From: Escherichia coli
GTDB lineage: Bacteria; Pseudomonadota; Gammaproteobacteria; Enterobacterales; Enterobacteriaceae
Direction: 5' to 3' (one strand)
Length of the DNA: 64,000 bases
Assembly: GCF_024298765.1 (NCBI RefSeq)
Contig: NZ_CP101210.1
The stretch's first letter is position 1. Each line of letters begins with the position of its first letter. The translations under genes and the position numbers were made by a program. The notes beneath the pieces were generated by a model that saw only the letters and a list, made by a program, of their open reading frames with translations, had not been told where the DNA came from and did no database searches. Below, piece by piece: positions 13,489-29,417 of the stretch.

Positions 13489-14933
13489 CGCTGGATACGC
13501 TTAATGTGATGCTGGCCGTCAGCGAAGAGGGATTGATCGAAGAGATGATCATCGCGCTGCTGGCCTCACCGCAGCTGGCGGTCTTCTTTGAAAAATTCCC
13601 ACGACTGAAGGCGGCAATCACTGATGATGTTCCCCGCTGGCGTGAGGCGCTGCGCAGTCGGCTGAAAGATGCCCGAGTCCCGCCGGAACTCACCGAAGAG
13701 GTGATGTGCTATCAGCAAAGCCAGCTCCTCTCCACGCCGCAGTTTATTGTGCAGCTACCACAGATCCTGGACTTACTGCATCGTCTGAATTCTCCATGGG
13801 CAGAACAAGCCCGACAGTTGGTTGATGCTAACAGTACGATCACTTCAGCGTTACACACGCTTTTTCTCCAGCGCTGGCGTTTAAGTCTGATCGTGCAAGC
13901 AACGACGCTAAATCAGCAGCTATTAGAAGAAGAACGCGAACAACTGTTGAGTGAAGTTCAGGAACGCATGACGCTGAGCGGGCAACTTGAACCGATTCTC
14001 GCAGATAACAATACCGCAGCTGGTCGTCTGTGGGATATGAGCGCCGGTCAGCTTAAACGCGGCGACTATCAGTTGATTGTGAAATACGGTGAATTTCTTA
14101 ACGAACAGCCGGAACTGAAACGCCTGGCAGAACAGTTGGGGCGTTCACGGGAAGCCAAATCAATACCGCGCAACGATGCGCAGATGGAAACCTTCCGCAC
14201 CATGGTGCGCGAACCGGCGACGGTTCCTGAGCAGGTTGATGGTCTGCAACAAAGCGATGATATTTTACGTCTCCTGCCGCCAGAACTGGCGACACTGGGG
14301 ATAACGGAACTGGAGTATGAGTTTTACCGTCGGCTGGTGGAAAAACAGTTGCTCACCTATCGCCTGCACGGTGAGTCGTGGCGTGAAAAAGTGATCGAAC
14401 GCCCGGTGGTACATAAAGATTACGACGAACAGCCGCGCGGACCGTTTATTGTCTGTGTGGATACTTCCGGCTCAATGGGCGGCTTTAATGAACAGTGTGC
14501 GAAAGCGTTCTGCCTGGCCTTGATGCGCATTGCTCTCGCTGAAAACCGGCGCTGCTATATTATGTTATTTTCCACCGAGATCGTCCGTTATGAGCTTTCA
14601 GGCCCACAAGGCATCGAACAAGCAATCCGTTTTTTAAGCCAGCAGTTTCGTGGCGGCACCGATCTTGCCAGTTGTTTTCGCGCCATTATGGAACGCTTGC
14701 AAAGCAGGGAATGGTTTGATGCCGATGCGGTGGTGATTTCTGATTTTATCGCCCAGCGGTTGCCTGACGACGTGACGAGTAAAGTGAAAGAGCTACAGCG
14801 CGTACATCAGCATCGCTTTCATGCCGTGGCGATGTCTGCACATGGCAAACCCGGCATCATGCGCATTTTCGATCATATCTGGCGCTTTGATACCGGGATG
14901 CGAAGCCGCCTGCTCAGACGCTGGCGGCGATAA
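13482..14933 (+). CDS. viaA: VWA-domain protein, partner of RavA
   Basis: 483 aa; start overlaps the ravA stop by 7 nt; C-terminal von Willebrand A-like MIDAS motif region (DTSGSM). Confidence 0.92.
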
Positions 14934-14937
14934 ATTA

Positions 14938-15930
14938 TTACAGCAGAGAAGGGACGCTCTCGCGAACAGCTGCCGGCCATACACCACACTGAACCTGGCC
15001 GATATGTGGCAGTTGCAGCAGCAGCATGGTCAAACGAGACTGCCCGATACCGCCGCCGATGGTCTGCGGCATTTCACCGCGCAGCAGCGCCTGATGCCAC
15101 TCCAGCTCCAGGCGATCTTCATCACCGGTCAGCGCCAGCTGATGTTTCAACGTATCGGCATCCACGCGGATCCCCATGGAAGAAAGCTCAAACGCATCTT
15201 CCAGTACCGGGTTCCATACCAGAATATCGCCGTTCAGACCCGCATGGCCCAGCTCTGACGGGGTGCTCCAGTCATCATAATCCGGTGCGCGCACGTCGTG
15301 ACGATGACCATCACTCAACTTGCCGCCAATCCCGACGAGGAATACCGCGCCAAGATCTTTCGCAATCGCCCGCTCACGCCCTTTGGCATCGAGATCCGGA
15401 TAACGAGACAGTAACTCCTGGCTGTGTACGAAGTGGATCTGATCCGGCAGGAACGGTGCCAGGCCAAACTCTTCGCTAACCGCAGCTTCGGTTGCTTTAA
15501 TTCCCGCCCAGATCGCCTCTACCGTGCTTTTCAGAGTCGAGAATTGACGCTCACCGTCGCCCATTACGCGTTCCCAGTCCCACTGGTCAACATAGACCGA
15601 GTGCAACGGAGAAAGACGGTCTTCATCGGGGCGAAGGGCTTTCATGTGCGTGTACAGCCCTTCGCCCGCGCTGAAGTCGTGTTGCCCTAATGTCTGACGT
15701 TTCCACTTCGCCAGTGAATGAACCACTTCGAACTGGGCATCAGGCAGAGCTTTCACTTTTACCTGCACCGCTTTTTCACAGCCCGACAAGTTATCCTGCG
15801 TGCCATCCCCCACACGGCTAAGAATCGGCGCCTGGACTTCGATCAGCCCCAGACGTTCTTCCAGTTGACGGGAAAAGTGAGATTTCACGAAGCTAATTTG
15901 ACGTTGTTTGGCAATGTAAGCGGTTTTCAT
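14938..15930 (-). CDS. asnA: Aspartate-ammonia ligase (asparagine synthetase A)
   Basis: 330 aa; divergent from asnC. Confidence 0.95.
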
Positions 15931-16081
15931 TTTTTATACTCCTGCGTCCTGTTGCTTATGATTAAGCAACAAAAACCGACACGCATGCAATAATCATTCA
16001 ATAAAAAGCCTAACTCACTTTTGATTCATTAAAAAAGAAGGCTAAAATAGAATGAATCATCAATCCGCATAAGAAAATCCT

Positions 16082-16540
16082 ATGGAAAATTATCTAATCG
16101 ACAATCTGGACCGTGGCATCCTGGAAGCATTAATGGGCAATGCGCGCACCGCTTACGCCGAACTGGCGAAACAATTTGGCGTCAGTCCGGGGACGATTCA
16201 CGTTCGAGTAGAGAAAATGAAGCAGGCGGGGATCATTACCGGGGCGCGTATTGATGTCAGCCCGAAGCAGCTCGGTTATGACGTAGGCTGCTTTATCGGC
16301 ATTATATTAAAGAGCGCCAAAGACTATCCTTCCGCGCTGGCGAAACTGGAAAGCCTTGATGAAGTCACTGAAGCCTATTACACCACCGGCCACTACAGCA
16401 TCTTTATAAAAGTGATGTGCCGTTCGATCGACGCTCTCCAGCATGTACTTATCAACAAGATCCAAACAATTGATGAAATTCAGTCCACCGAGACATTGAT
16501 CGTCCTGCAAAACCCGATCATGCGTACCATCAAGCCCTGA
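16082..16540 (+). CDS. asnC: Lrp/AsnC-family transcriptional regulator
   Basis: 152 aa with N-terminal HTH; divergent from asnA. Confidence 0.95.
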   Translation: MENYLIDNLDRGILEALMGNARTAYAELAKQFGVSPGTIHVRVEKMKQAGIITGARIDVSPKQLGYDVGCFIGIILKSAKDYPSALAKLESLDEVTEAYYTTGHYSIFIKVMCRSIDALQHVLINKIQTIDEIQSTETLIVLQNPIMRTIKP

Positions 16541-16563
16541 TCGGCTTTTTTAATCCCATACTT

Positions 16564-16572
16564 TTCCACAGG
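16564..16572 (+). promoter_or_regulatory. DnaA-box-like 9-mer (ttttccaca) in the mioC promoter region
   Basis: Near-consensus TTWTNCACA between asnC and mioC. Confidence 0.5.
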
Positions 16573-16629
16573 TAGATCCCAACGCGTTCACAGCGTACAA
16601 TATGCCACTCTTAATAAAGGTGGCGGTTT

Positions 16630-17073
16630 ATGGCAGATATCACTCTTATCAGCGGCAGCACCCTCGGCGGTGCCGAATATGTAGCAGAACACCTGGCTGA
16701 AAAGCTGGAAGAGGCGGGTTTTACCACCGAAACGCTGCACGGTCCGCTGTTGGAAGATTTATCTGCCTCTGGGATCTGGCTGGTTATCAGCTCAACCCAC
16801 GGTGCCGGAGATATTCCGGACAACCTTTCTCCTTTCTATGAAGCATTGCAGGAACAGAAGCCCGATCTTTCTGCGGTCCGCTTTGGCGCAATCGGTATTG
16901 GTAGTCGTGAATATGACACCTTTTGTGGGGCTATCGATAAACTCGAGGCAGAACTCAAAAATTCCGGTGCAAAACAGACAGGCGAAACACTGAAGATCAA
17001 CATTCTTGATCACGACATTCCGGAAGATCCGGCAGAAGAATGGCTGGGATCGTGGATTAATTTACTCAAATAA
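16630..17073 (+). CDS. mioC: FMN-binding flavodoxin-like protein
   Basis: 147 aa flavodoxin fold; transcribed toward oriC. Confidence 0.95.
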   Translation: MADITLISGSTLGGAEYVAEHLAEKLEEAGFTTETLHGPLLEDLSASGIWLVISSTHGAGDIPDNLSPFYEALQEQKPDLSAVRFGAIGIGSREYDTFCGAIDKLEAELKNSGAKQTGETLKINILDHDIPEDPAEEWLGSWINLLK

Positions 17074-17095
17074 GTATACAGATCGTGCGATCTAC

Positions 17096-17104
17096 TGTGG
17101 ATAA
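17096..17104. promoter_or_regulatory. DnaA box (R4-type, tgtggataa)
   Basis: Exact consensus 9-mer at the mioC-proximal edge of oriC. Confidence 0.9.
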
Positions 17105-17275
17105 CTCTGTCAGGAAGCTTGGATCAACCGGTAGTTATCCAAAGAACAACCGTTGTTCAGTTTTTGAGTTGTGTATAACCCCTCATTCTGATCCCAGCTT
17201 ATACGGTCCAGGATCACCGATCATTCACAGTTAATGATCCTTTCCAGGTTGTTGATCTTAAAAGCCGGATCCTTG

Positions 17276-17284
17276 TTATCCACA
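17276..17284. promoter_or_regulatory. DnaA box (R1-type, ttatccaca)
   Basis: Exact consensus 9-mer adjacent to the AT-rich 13-mer unwinding region. Confidence 0.9.
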
Positions 17285-17299
17285 GGGCAGTGCGATCCT

Positions 17300-17345
17300 A
17301 ATAAGAGATCACAATAGAACAGATCTCTAAATAAATAGATCTTCT
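17300..17345. repeat. AT-rich 13-mer DNA-unwinding element of oriC
   Basis: Three tandem GATC-containing AT-rich 13-mers in rc orientation (ctaataagagatc / aatagaacagatc / aaataaatagatc). Confidence 0.85.
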
Positions 17346-17451
17346 TTTTAATACCCAGGATCCCAGGTCTTTCTCAAGCCGACAAAGTTGAGTAGAATCC
17401 ACGGCCCGGGCTTCAATCCATTTTCATACCGCGTTATGCGAGGCAATCACC

Positions 17452-19341
17452 ATGTTTTATCCGGATCCTTTTGACGTCATCATCATTGGCGGGGGTCATG
17501 CAGGCACCGAGGCCGCGATGGCCGCGGCGCGTATGGGTCAACAGACTCTGCTTTTGACACACAATATCGACACTCTGGGGCAGATGAGCTGCAACCCGGC
17601 GATCGGCGGTATTGGGAAGGGACATCTGGTAAAAGAAGTGGATGCACTCGGCGGTCTGATGGCGAAAGCGATCGATCAGGCGGGTATCCAGTTTAGGATA
17701 CTAAACGCAAGCAAGGGACCGGCGGTTCGCGCTACCCGAGCTCAGGCGGATCGTGTGCTCTACCGTCAGGCGGTACGTACGGCGCTGGAGAACCAACCGA
17801 ACCTGATGATCTTCCAGCAGGCGGTTGAAGATCTTATTGTCGAAAACGATCGCGTGGTCGGTGCTGTTACCCAAATGGGACTGAAGTTCCGTGCCAAAGC
17901 CGTCGTGCTCACCGTTGGGACGTTCCTGGACGGTAAAATTCATATCGGTCTGGATAACTACAGCGGTGGCCGTGCTGGTGATCCGCCGTCCATTCCGCTT
18001 TCTCGCCGTTTGCGTGAACTGCCGCTGCGCGTTGGTCGTCTGAAAACCGGGACTCCGCCGCGTATTGATGCTCGAACCATAGACTTTAGCGTGCTGGCGC
18101 AACAGCATGGCGATAACCCAATGCCGGTATTCTCGTTTATGGGTAATGCGTCCCAGCATCCACAGCAGGTGCCGTGTTATATCACTCATACCAACGAGAA
18201 AACCCATGATGTGATCCGCAGTAACCTCGATCGTAGCCCAATGTACGCAGGGGTGATCGAAGGTGTCGGCCCACGCTACTGCCCGTCGATCGAAGACAAA
18301 GTCATGCGCTTCGCCGACAGAAATCAGCATCAGATCTTCCTTGAACCGGAAGGGCTGACCTCAAACGAAATTTATCCGAACGGTATCTCCACCAGCCTGC
18401 CGTTCGATGTGCAGATGCAAATCGTCCGCTCCATGCAGGGGATGGAAAACGCGAAGATCGTGCGTCCAGGTTATGCCATTGAGTATGACTTCTTCGATCC
18501 ACGCGACCTGAAACCGACGCTGGAGAGCAAGTTTATCCAGGGGCTGTTCTTTGCTGGTCAGATTAACGGCACTACCGGTTACGAAGAAGCCGCTGCGCAA
18601 GGTTTGCTGGCTGGTCTTAACGCTGCCCGTCTGTCTGCAGACAAAGAAGGTTGGGCTCCAGCGCGTTCTCAGGCGTATCTCGGCGTACTGGTTGATGACC
18701 TGTGCACTTTAGGAACCAAAGAACCGTATCGTATGTTTACCTCGCGCGCAGAATATCGTCTGATGCTGCGCGAAGATAATGCAGATCTGCGTTTGACTGA
18801 AATCGGTCGTGAACTGGGCCTGGTGGATGACGAACGTTGGGCGCGCTTTAACGAGAAACTTGAGAATATCGAGCGTGAGCGTCAGCGTCTGAAATCGACC
18901 TGGGTAACCCCGTCGGCGGAAGCTGCAGCCGAAGTGAATGCTCACCTGACTGCGCCGCTTTCCCGTGAAGCCAGTGGTGAAGATCTGCTACGTCGTCCTG
19001 AAATGACTTATGAAAAATTAACCACGCTGACACCGTTTGCCCCTGCGTTGACAGATGAACAGGCTGCGGAACAGGTTGAGATTCAGGTTAAATACGAAGG
19101 TTATATCGCGCGCCAGCAAGATGAGATCGAAAAGCAGCTGCGTAACGAGAATACCCTGCTACCAGCGACGCTGGATTACCGCCAGGTATCCGGTCTTTCT
19201 AACGAAGTGATCGCCAAACTTAACGATCACAAACCGGCCTCTATTGGCCAGGCTTCGCGTATTTCTGGCGTCACGCCTGCGGCTATCTCCATTCTGCTGG
19301 TGTGGCTGAAAAAACAGGGTATGCTGCGTCGTAGCGCATAA
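17452..19341 (+). CDS. mnmG: tRNA uridine-5-carboxymethylaminomethyl modification enzyme
   Basis: 629 aa with N-terminal FAD-binding motif ([12 protein letters not shown]); transcribed away from oriC. Confidence 0.95.
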
Positions 19342-19404
19342 CGCATTAAAAATGCCTGGTAAGCACCCGCTTACCGGGCAACGCATCAAGAACAGGTAAT
19401 CACC

Positions 19405-20028
19405 GTGCTCAACAAACTCACCTCTCTGCTGAAAGACGCAGGTATTTCGCTTACCGATCACCAGAAAAACCAGCTTATTGCCTATGTGAATATGCTGCAT
19501 AAATGGAATAAAGCGTACAACCTGACTTCGGTCCGCGATCCTAATGAGATGCTGGTACGCCATATTCTCGATAGCATTGTGGTGGCACCGTATCTGCAAG
19601 GTGAACGGTTTATCGATGTCGGCACCGGTCCAGGACTGCCTGGCATTCCACTCTCTATCGTGCGTCCTGAAGCCCATTTCACTCTGTTGGATAGCCTTGG
19701 TAAACGCGTGCGTTTCCTTCGTCAGGTGCAACATGAGCTTAAACTGGAGAATATTGAGCCAGTACAGAGCAGGGTAGAAGAGTTTCCTTCAGAGCCGCCA
19801 TTTGATGGCGTAATTAGCCGCGCTTTTGCCTCTCTGAACGATATGGTGAGCTGGTGTCACCATCTTCCTGGTGAGCAAGGCCGTTTCTACGCGCTGAAAG
19901 GCCAAATGCCGGAAGATGAAATCGCTTTGTTGCCCGAAGAATATCAGGTCGAATCAGTGGTTAAACTTCACGTTCCGGCCCTGGATGGCGAACGTCATCT
20001 GGTGGTGATTAAAGCAAATAAAATTTAA
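19405..20028 (+). CDS. rsmG: 16S rRNA m7G527 methyltransferase
   Basis: 207 aa SAM-dependent methyltransferase directly downstream of mnmG. Confidence 0.95.
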   Translation: MLNKLTSLLKDAGISLTDHQKNQLIAYVNMLHKWNKAYNLTSVRDPNEMLVRHILDSIVVAPYLQGERFIDVGTGPGLPGIPLSIVRPEAHFTLLDSLGKRVRFLRQVQHELKLENIEPVQSRVEEFPSEPPFDGVISRAFASLNDMVSWCHHLPGEQGRFYALKGQMPEDEIALLPEEYQVESVVKLHVPALDGERHLVVIKANKI

Positions 20029-20115
20029 TTTTTATCAAAAAAATCATAAAAAATTGACCGGTTAGACTGTTAACAACAACCAGGTTTTCTACTGATATAA
20101 CTGGTTACATTTAAC

Positions 20116-20160
20116 GCCACGTTCACTCTTTTGCATCAACAAGATAACGTGGCTTTTTTT
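20116..20160 (+). terminator. Rho-independent terminator after rsmG
   Basis: Hairpin gccacgtt...aacgtggc followed by a T7 run. Confidence 0.7.
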
Positions 20161-20525
20161 GGTAAGCAGAAAATAAGTCATAAGTGAAAATATCAGTCTG
20201 CTAAAAATCGGCGCTAAGAATCATCATTGGCTGTTAAAACATTATTAAAAATGTCAATGGGTGGTTTTTGTTGTGTAAATGTCATTTATTAAAACAGTAT
20301 CTGTTTTTAGACTGAAATATCATAAACTTGCAAAGGCATCATTTGCCAAGTAAATAAATATGCTGTGCGCGAACATGCTCAATATGTGATCTGAAGCACG
20401 CTTTATCACCAGTGTTTACGCGTTATTTACAGTTTTTCATGATCGAACATGGTTTGCAGAAAAGTCGCAATTGTATGCACTGGAAAAATATTTAAACATT
20501 TATTCACCTTTTGGCTACTTATTGT

Positions 20526-20553
20526 TTGAAATCACGGGGGCGCACCGTATAAT
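20526..20553 (+). promoter_or_regulatory. atp operon promoter (-35 ttgaaa, -10 tataat)
   Basis: ttgaaa, 16 bp spacer, tataat located about 90 bp upstream of atpI. Confidence 0.7.
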
Positions 20554-20644
20554 TTGACCGCTTTTTGATGCTTGACTCTAAGCCTTAAAGAAAGTTTTAT
20601 ACGACACGCGGCATACCTCGAAGGGAGCAGGAGTGAAAAACGTG

Positions 20645-21849
<1,205 letters not shown>

Positions 21850-21877
21850 TTTACCAACACTACTACGTTTTAACTGA

Positions 21878-22152
<275 letters not shown>

Positions 22153-22196
22153 TAAAGAGCAATATCAGAACGTTAACTAAATAGAGGCATTGTGCT

Positions 22197-22667
22197 GTGA
22201 ATCTTAACGCAACAATCCTCGGCCAGGCCATCGCGTTTGTCCTGTTCGTTCTGTTCTGCATGAAGTACGTATGGCCGCCATTAATGGCAGCCATCGAAAA
22301 ACGTCAAAAAGAAATTGCTGACGGCCTTGCTTCCGCAGAACGAGCACATAAGGACCTTGACCTTGCAAAGGCCAGCGCGACCGACCAGCTGAAAAAAGCG
22401 AAAGCGGAAGCCCAGGTAATCATCGAGCAGGCTAACAAACGCCGCTCGCAGATTCTGGACGAAGCGAAAGCTGAGGCAGAACAGGAACGTACTAAAATCG
22501 TGGCCCAGGCGCAGGCGGAAATTGAAGCCGAGCGTAAACGTGCCCGTGAAGAGCTGCGTAAGCAAGTTGCTATCCTGGCTGTTGCTGGCGCCGAGAAGAT
22601 CATCGAACGTTCCGTGGATGAAGCTGCTAACAGCGACATCGTGGATAAACTTGTCGCTGAACTGTAA
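22197..22667 (+). CDS. atpF: F0F1 ATP synthase subunit b
   Basis: 156 aa; GTG start; one N-terminal TM then a long charged helix. Confidence 0.95.
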
Positions 22668-22681
22668 GGAGGGAGGGGCTG

Positions 22682-23215
22682 ATGTCTGAATTTATTACGG
22701 TAGCTCGCCCCTACGCCAAAGCAGCTTTTGACTTTGCCGTCGAACACCAAAGTGTAGAACGCTGGCAGGACATGCTGGCGTTTGCCGCCGAGGTAACCAA
22801 AAACGAACAAATGGCAGAGCTTCTCTCTGGCGCGCTTGCGCCAGAAACGCTCGCCGAGTCGTTTATCGCAGTTTGTGGTGAGCAACTGGACGAAAACGGT
22901 CAGAACCTGATTCGGGTTATGGCTGAAAATGGTCGTCTTAACGCGCTCCCGGATGTTCTGGAGCAGTTTATTCACCTGCGTGCCGTGAGTGAGGCTACCG
23001 CTGAGGTAGACGTCATTTCCGCTGCCGCACTGAGTGAACAACAGCTCGCGAAAATTTCTGCTGCGATGGAAAAACGTCTGTCACGCAAAGTTAAGCTGAA
23101 TTGCAAAATCGATAAGTCTGTAATGGCAGGCGTTATCATCCGAGCGGGTGATATGGTCATTGATGGCAGCGTACGCGGTCGTCTTGAGCGCCTTGCAGAC
23201 GTCTTGCAGTCTTAA
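22682..23215 (+). CDS. atpH: F0F1 ATP synthase subunit delta
   Basis: 177 aa; operon position. Confidence 0.95.
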
Positions 23216-23227
23216 GGGGACTGGAGC

Positions 23228-24769
23228 ATGCAACTGAATTCCACCGAAATCAGCGAACTGATCAAGCAGCGCATTGCTCAGTTCAATGTTGTGAGTGAAG
23301 CTCACAACGAAGGTACTATTGTTTCTGTAAGTGACGGTGTTATCCGCATTCACGGCCTGGCCGATTGTATGCAGGGTGAAATGATCTCCCTGCCGGGTAA
23401 CCGTTACGCTATCGCACTGAACCTCGAGCGCGACTCTGTAGGTGCGGTTGTTATGGGTCCGTACGCTGACCTTGCCGAAGGCATGAAAGTTAAGTGTACT
23501 GGCCGTATCCTGGAAGTTCCGGTTGGCCGTGGCCTGCTGGGCCGTGTGGTTAACACTCTGGGTGCACCAATCGACGGTAAAGGTCCGCTGGATCACGACG
23601 GCTTCTCTGCTGTAGAAGCAATCGCTCCGGGCGTTATCGAACGTCAGTCCGTAGATCAGCCGGTACAGACCGGTTATAAAGCCGTTGACTCCATGATCCC
23701 AATCGGTCGTGGTCAGCGTGAATTGATCATCGGTGACCGTCAGACCGGTAAAACCGCACTGGCTATCGATGCCATCATCAACCAGCGCGATTCCGGTATC
23801 AAATGTATCTATGTCGCTATCGGCCAAAAAGCGTCCACCATTTCTAACGTGGTACGTAAACTGGAAGAGCACGGCGCACTGGCTAACACCATCGTTGTGG
23901 TAGCAACCGCGTCTGAATCCGCTGCACTGCAATACCTGGCACCGTACGCTGGTTGTGCAATGGGCGAATACTTCCGTGACCGCGGTGAAGATGCGCTGAT
24001 CATTTACGATGACCTGTCTAAACAGGCTGTTGCTTACCGTCAGATCTCCCTGCTGCTCCGTCGTCCGCCAGGACGTGAAGCATTCCCGGGCGACGTATTC
24101 TACCTCCACTCTCGTCTGCTGGAGCGTGCTGCGCGTGTTAACGCCGAATACGTTGAAGCCTTCACCAAAGGTGAAGTGAAAGGGAAAACCGGTTCTCTGA
24201 CTGCGCTGCCGATTATCGAAACTCAGGCGGGTGACGTTTCTGCGTTCGTTCCAACCAACGTAATCTCCATTACCGATGGTCAGATCTTCCTGGAAACCAA
24301 CCTGTTCAACGCCGGTATTCGTCCTGCGGTTAACCCGGGTATTTCCGTATCCCGTGTTGGTGGTGCAGCACAGACCAAGATCATGAAAAAACTGTCCGGT
24401 GGTATCCGTACCGCTCTGGCACAGTATCGTGAACTGGCAGCGTTCTCTCAGTTTGCATCCGACCTTGACGATGCAACACGTAAGCAGCTTGACCACGGTC
24501 AGAAAGTGACCGAACTGCTGAAGCAGAAACAGTATGCGCCGATGTCTGTTGCGCAACAGTCTCTGGTTCTGTTCGCAGCAGAACGTGGTTACCTGGCGGA
24601 TGTAGAACTGTCGAAAATCGGCAGCTTCGAAGCCGCTCTGCTGGCTTACGTCGACCGTGATCACGCTCCGTTGATGCAAGAGATCAACCAGACCGGTGGC
24701 TACAACGACGAAATCGAAGGCAAGCTGAAAGGCATCCTCGATTCCTTCAAAGCAACCCAATCCTGGTAA
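23228..24769 (+). CDS. atpA: F0F1 ATP synthase subunit alpha
   Basis: 513 aa; Walker A GDRQTGKT. Confidence 0.97.
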
Positions 24770-24819
24770 CGTCTGGCGGCTTGCCTTAGGGCAGGCCGCA
24801 AGGCATTGAGGAGAAGCTC

Positions 24820-27092
<2,273 letters not shown>

Positions 27093-27112
27093 CGCCTTAA
27101 TCGGAGGGTGAT

Positions 27113-27532
27113 ATGGCAATGACTTACCACCTGGACGTCGTCAGCGCAGAGCAACAAATGTTCTCTGGTCTGGTCGAGAAAATCCAGGTAACGGGTAGCG
27201 AAGGTGAACTGGGGATCTACCCTGGCCACGCACCGCTGCTCACCGCCATTAAGCCTGGTATGATTCGCATCGTGAAACAGCACGGTCACGAAGAGTTTAT
27301 CTATCTGTCTGGCGGCATTCTTGAAGTGCAGCCTGGCAACGTGACTGTTCTGGCCGACACCGCAATTCGCGGCCAGGATCTCGACGAAGCGCGAGCCATG
27401 GAAGCGAAACGTAAGGCTGAAGAGCACATTAGCAGCTCTCACGGCGACGTAGATTACGCTCAGGCGTCTGCGGAACTGGCCAAAGCGATCGCGCAGCTGC
27501 GCGTTATCGAGTTGACCAAAAAAGCGATGTAA
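27113..27532 (+). CDS. atpC: F0F1 ATP synthase subunit epsilon
   Basis: 139 aa; last gene of the atp operon. Confidence 0.95.
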
Positions 27533-27553
27533 CACCGGCTTGAAAAGCACAAA

Positions 27554-27584
27554 AGCCAGTCTGGCAACAGGCTGGCTTTTTTTT
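27554..27584 (+). terminator. Rho-independent terminator of the atp operon
   Basis: Hairpin agccagtctggcaacaggctggct followed by a T8 run. Confidence 0.8.
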
Positions 27585-27885
27585 ACGCGTATTGACCCGT
27601 CCTGAAAAGCGTTCACATAGATTCTGATGATATAAAACACCCCTGTTTTCCCGTTTATTCATTGATCGAAATAAGAGCAAAAACATCCACCTGACGCTTA
27701 AATGAAGGTACTGCCTTAATTTTCTGCAGACAAAAGGCGTGACGATGGTCGAAAATGGCGCTTTCGTCAGCGGGGATAATCCGTTATTGAACAATTTATC
27801 CTCTGTCCATTTCACGATGAAAAAAATGTAGTTTTTTCAAGGTGAAGCGGTTTAAATTCGTTCTCAAATTACAGTCAGGACGCGT

Positions 27886-29256
27886 ATGTTGAATAATGCT
27901 ATGAGCGTAGTGATCCTTGCCGCAGGCAAAGGCACGCGCATGTATTCCGATCTTCCGAAAGTGCTGCATACCCTTGCCGGGAAAGCGATGGTTCAGCATG
28001 TCATTGATGCTGCGAATGAATTAGGCGCAGCGCACGTTCACCTGGTTTACGGTCACGGCGGCGATCTGCTTAAACAGGCGCTGAAAGATGACAACCTGAA
28101 CTGGGTGCTTCAGGCAGAACAGCTGGGTACAGGTCATGCGATGCAGCAGGCCGCACCTTTCTTTGCCGATGATGAAGACATTTTAATGCTCTACGGCGAC
28201 GTGCCGCTGATCTCTGTCGAAACACTCCAGCGCCTGCGTGATGCTAAACCGCAGGGTGGCATTGGTCTGCTGACGGTAAAACTGGATGATCCGACCGGTT
28301 ATGGACGTATCACCCGTGAAAACGGCAAAGTTACCGGCATTGTTGAGCACAAAGACGCCACCGACGAGCAGCGTCAGATTCAGGAGATCAACACCGGCAT
28401 TCTGATTGCCAACGGCGCAGATATGAAACGCTGGCTGGCGAAGCTGACCAACAATAACGCTCAGGGTGAATACTACATCACCGACATTATTGCGCTGGCG
28501 TATCAGGAAGGGCGTGAAATCGTCGCCGTTCATCCGCAACGTTTAAGCGAAGTAGAAGGCGTGAATAACCGCCTGCAACTCTCCCGACTGGAGCGCGTTT
28601 ACCAGTCCGAACAGGCTGAAAAACTGCTGTTAGCAGGCGTTATGCTGCGCGATCCGGCGCGTTTTGATCTGCGCGGTACGCTTACTCACGGGCGCGATGT
28701 TGAAATTGATACTAACGTTATCATCGAGGGCAACGTGACTCTCGGTCATCGCGTGAAAATCGGCACCGGTTGCGTGATTAAAAACAGCGTGATTGGCGAT
28801 GATTGCGAAATCAGTCCGTATACCGTTGTGGAAGATGCGAATCTGGCAGCGGCCTGTACCATTGGCCCGTTTGCCCGTCTGCGTCCTGGTGCTGAGTTGC
28901 TGGAAGGTGCACACGTCGGTAACTTCGTTGAGATGAAAAAAGCGCGTCTGGGTAAAGGCTCGAAAGCTGGTCATCTGACTTACCTGGGCGATGCGGAAAT
29001 TGGCGATAACGTTAACATCGGCGCGGGAACCATTACCTGCAACTACGATGGTGCGAATAAATTTAAGACCATTATCGGTGACGATGTGTTTGTCGGTTCC
29101 GACACTCAGCTGGTGGCCCCGGTAACAGTAGGCAAAGGCGCGACCATTGCTGCGGGTACAACTGTGACGCGTAATGTCGGCGAAAACGCCCTGGCGATCA
29201 GCCGTGTGCCGCAGACTCAAAAAGAAGGCTGGCGTCGTCCGGTAAAGAAAAAGTAA
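27886..29256 (+). CDS. glmU: Bifunctional GlcNAc-1-P uridyltransferase / GlcN-1-P acetyltransferase
   Basis: 456 aa; N-terminal nucleotidyltransferase motif (LAAGKGTRM) and C-terminal hexapeptide-repeat region. Confidence 0.95.
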   Translation: MLNNAMSVVILAAGKGTRMYSDLPKVLHTLAGKAMVQHVIDAANELGAAHVHLVYGHGGDLLKQALKDDNLNWVLQAEQLGTGHAMQQAAPFFADDEDILMLYGDVPLISVETLQRLRDAKPQGGIGLLTVKLDDPTGYGRITRENGKVTGIVEHKDATDEQRQIQEINTGILIANGADMKRWLAKLTNNNAQGEYYITDIIALAYQEGREIVAVHPQRLSEVEGVNNRLQLSRLERVYQSEQAEKLLLAGVMLRDPARFDLRGTLTHGRDVEIDTNVIIEGNVTLGHRVKIGTGCVIKNSVIGDDCEISPYTVVEDANLAAACTIGPFARLRPGAELLEGAHVGNFVEMKKARLGKGSKAGHLTYLGDAEIGDNVNIGAGTITCNYDGANKFKTIIGDDVFVGSDTQLVAPVTVGKGATIAAGTTVTRNVGENALAISRVPQTQKEGWRRPVKKK

Positions 29257-29417
29257 TTCTGGCTGGGAAATCCGGTCATATGGGATGAGGAGATAACATA
29301 ATCTCCCGCCCACAAGCAGTAACTATAAAAATAACCCCACTCTCTACAAGGCTCGGGGCGCCCGAAAAAACGGGCATACAGGTTGACCGACAACGATATA
29401 AATCGGAATCAAAAACT

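Larger units (their letters stand above)
17085..17361. other. oriC: Chromosomal replication origin oriC
   Basis: DnaA boxes tgtggataa (17096-17104) and ttatccaca (17276-17284), a further ttatccaaa box, AT-rich 13-mer repeats (e.g. aaataaatagatc at 17329-17341) and at least 12 GATC sites in about 280 bp, located between mioC and mnmG. Confidence 0.95.

Noticed and set aside
23081-24760. 559-aa ORF on the minus strand
   Set aside because: Lies entirely antisense to atpA; long antisense ORFs are a common artefact of codon bias in highly expressed genes, and the sense frame gives a full-length ATP synthase alpha subunit.
27504-27815. 103-aa minus-strand ORF in the atpC-glmU intergenic region
   Set aside because: Overlaps the atp terminator and the glmU promoter region; no RBS and an odd Cys/Arg-rich composition. 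Most likely non-coding regulatory DNA.
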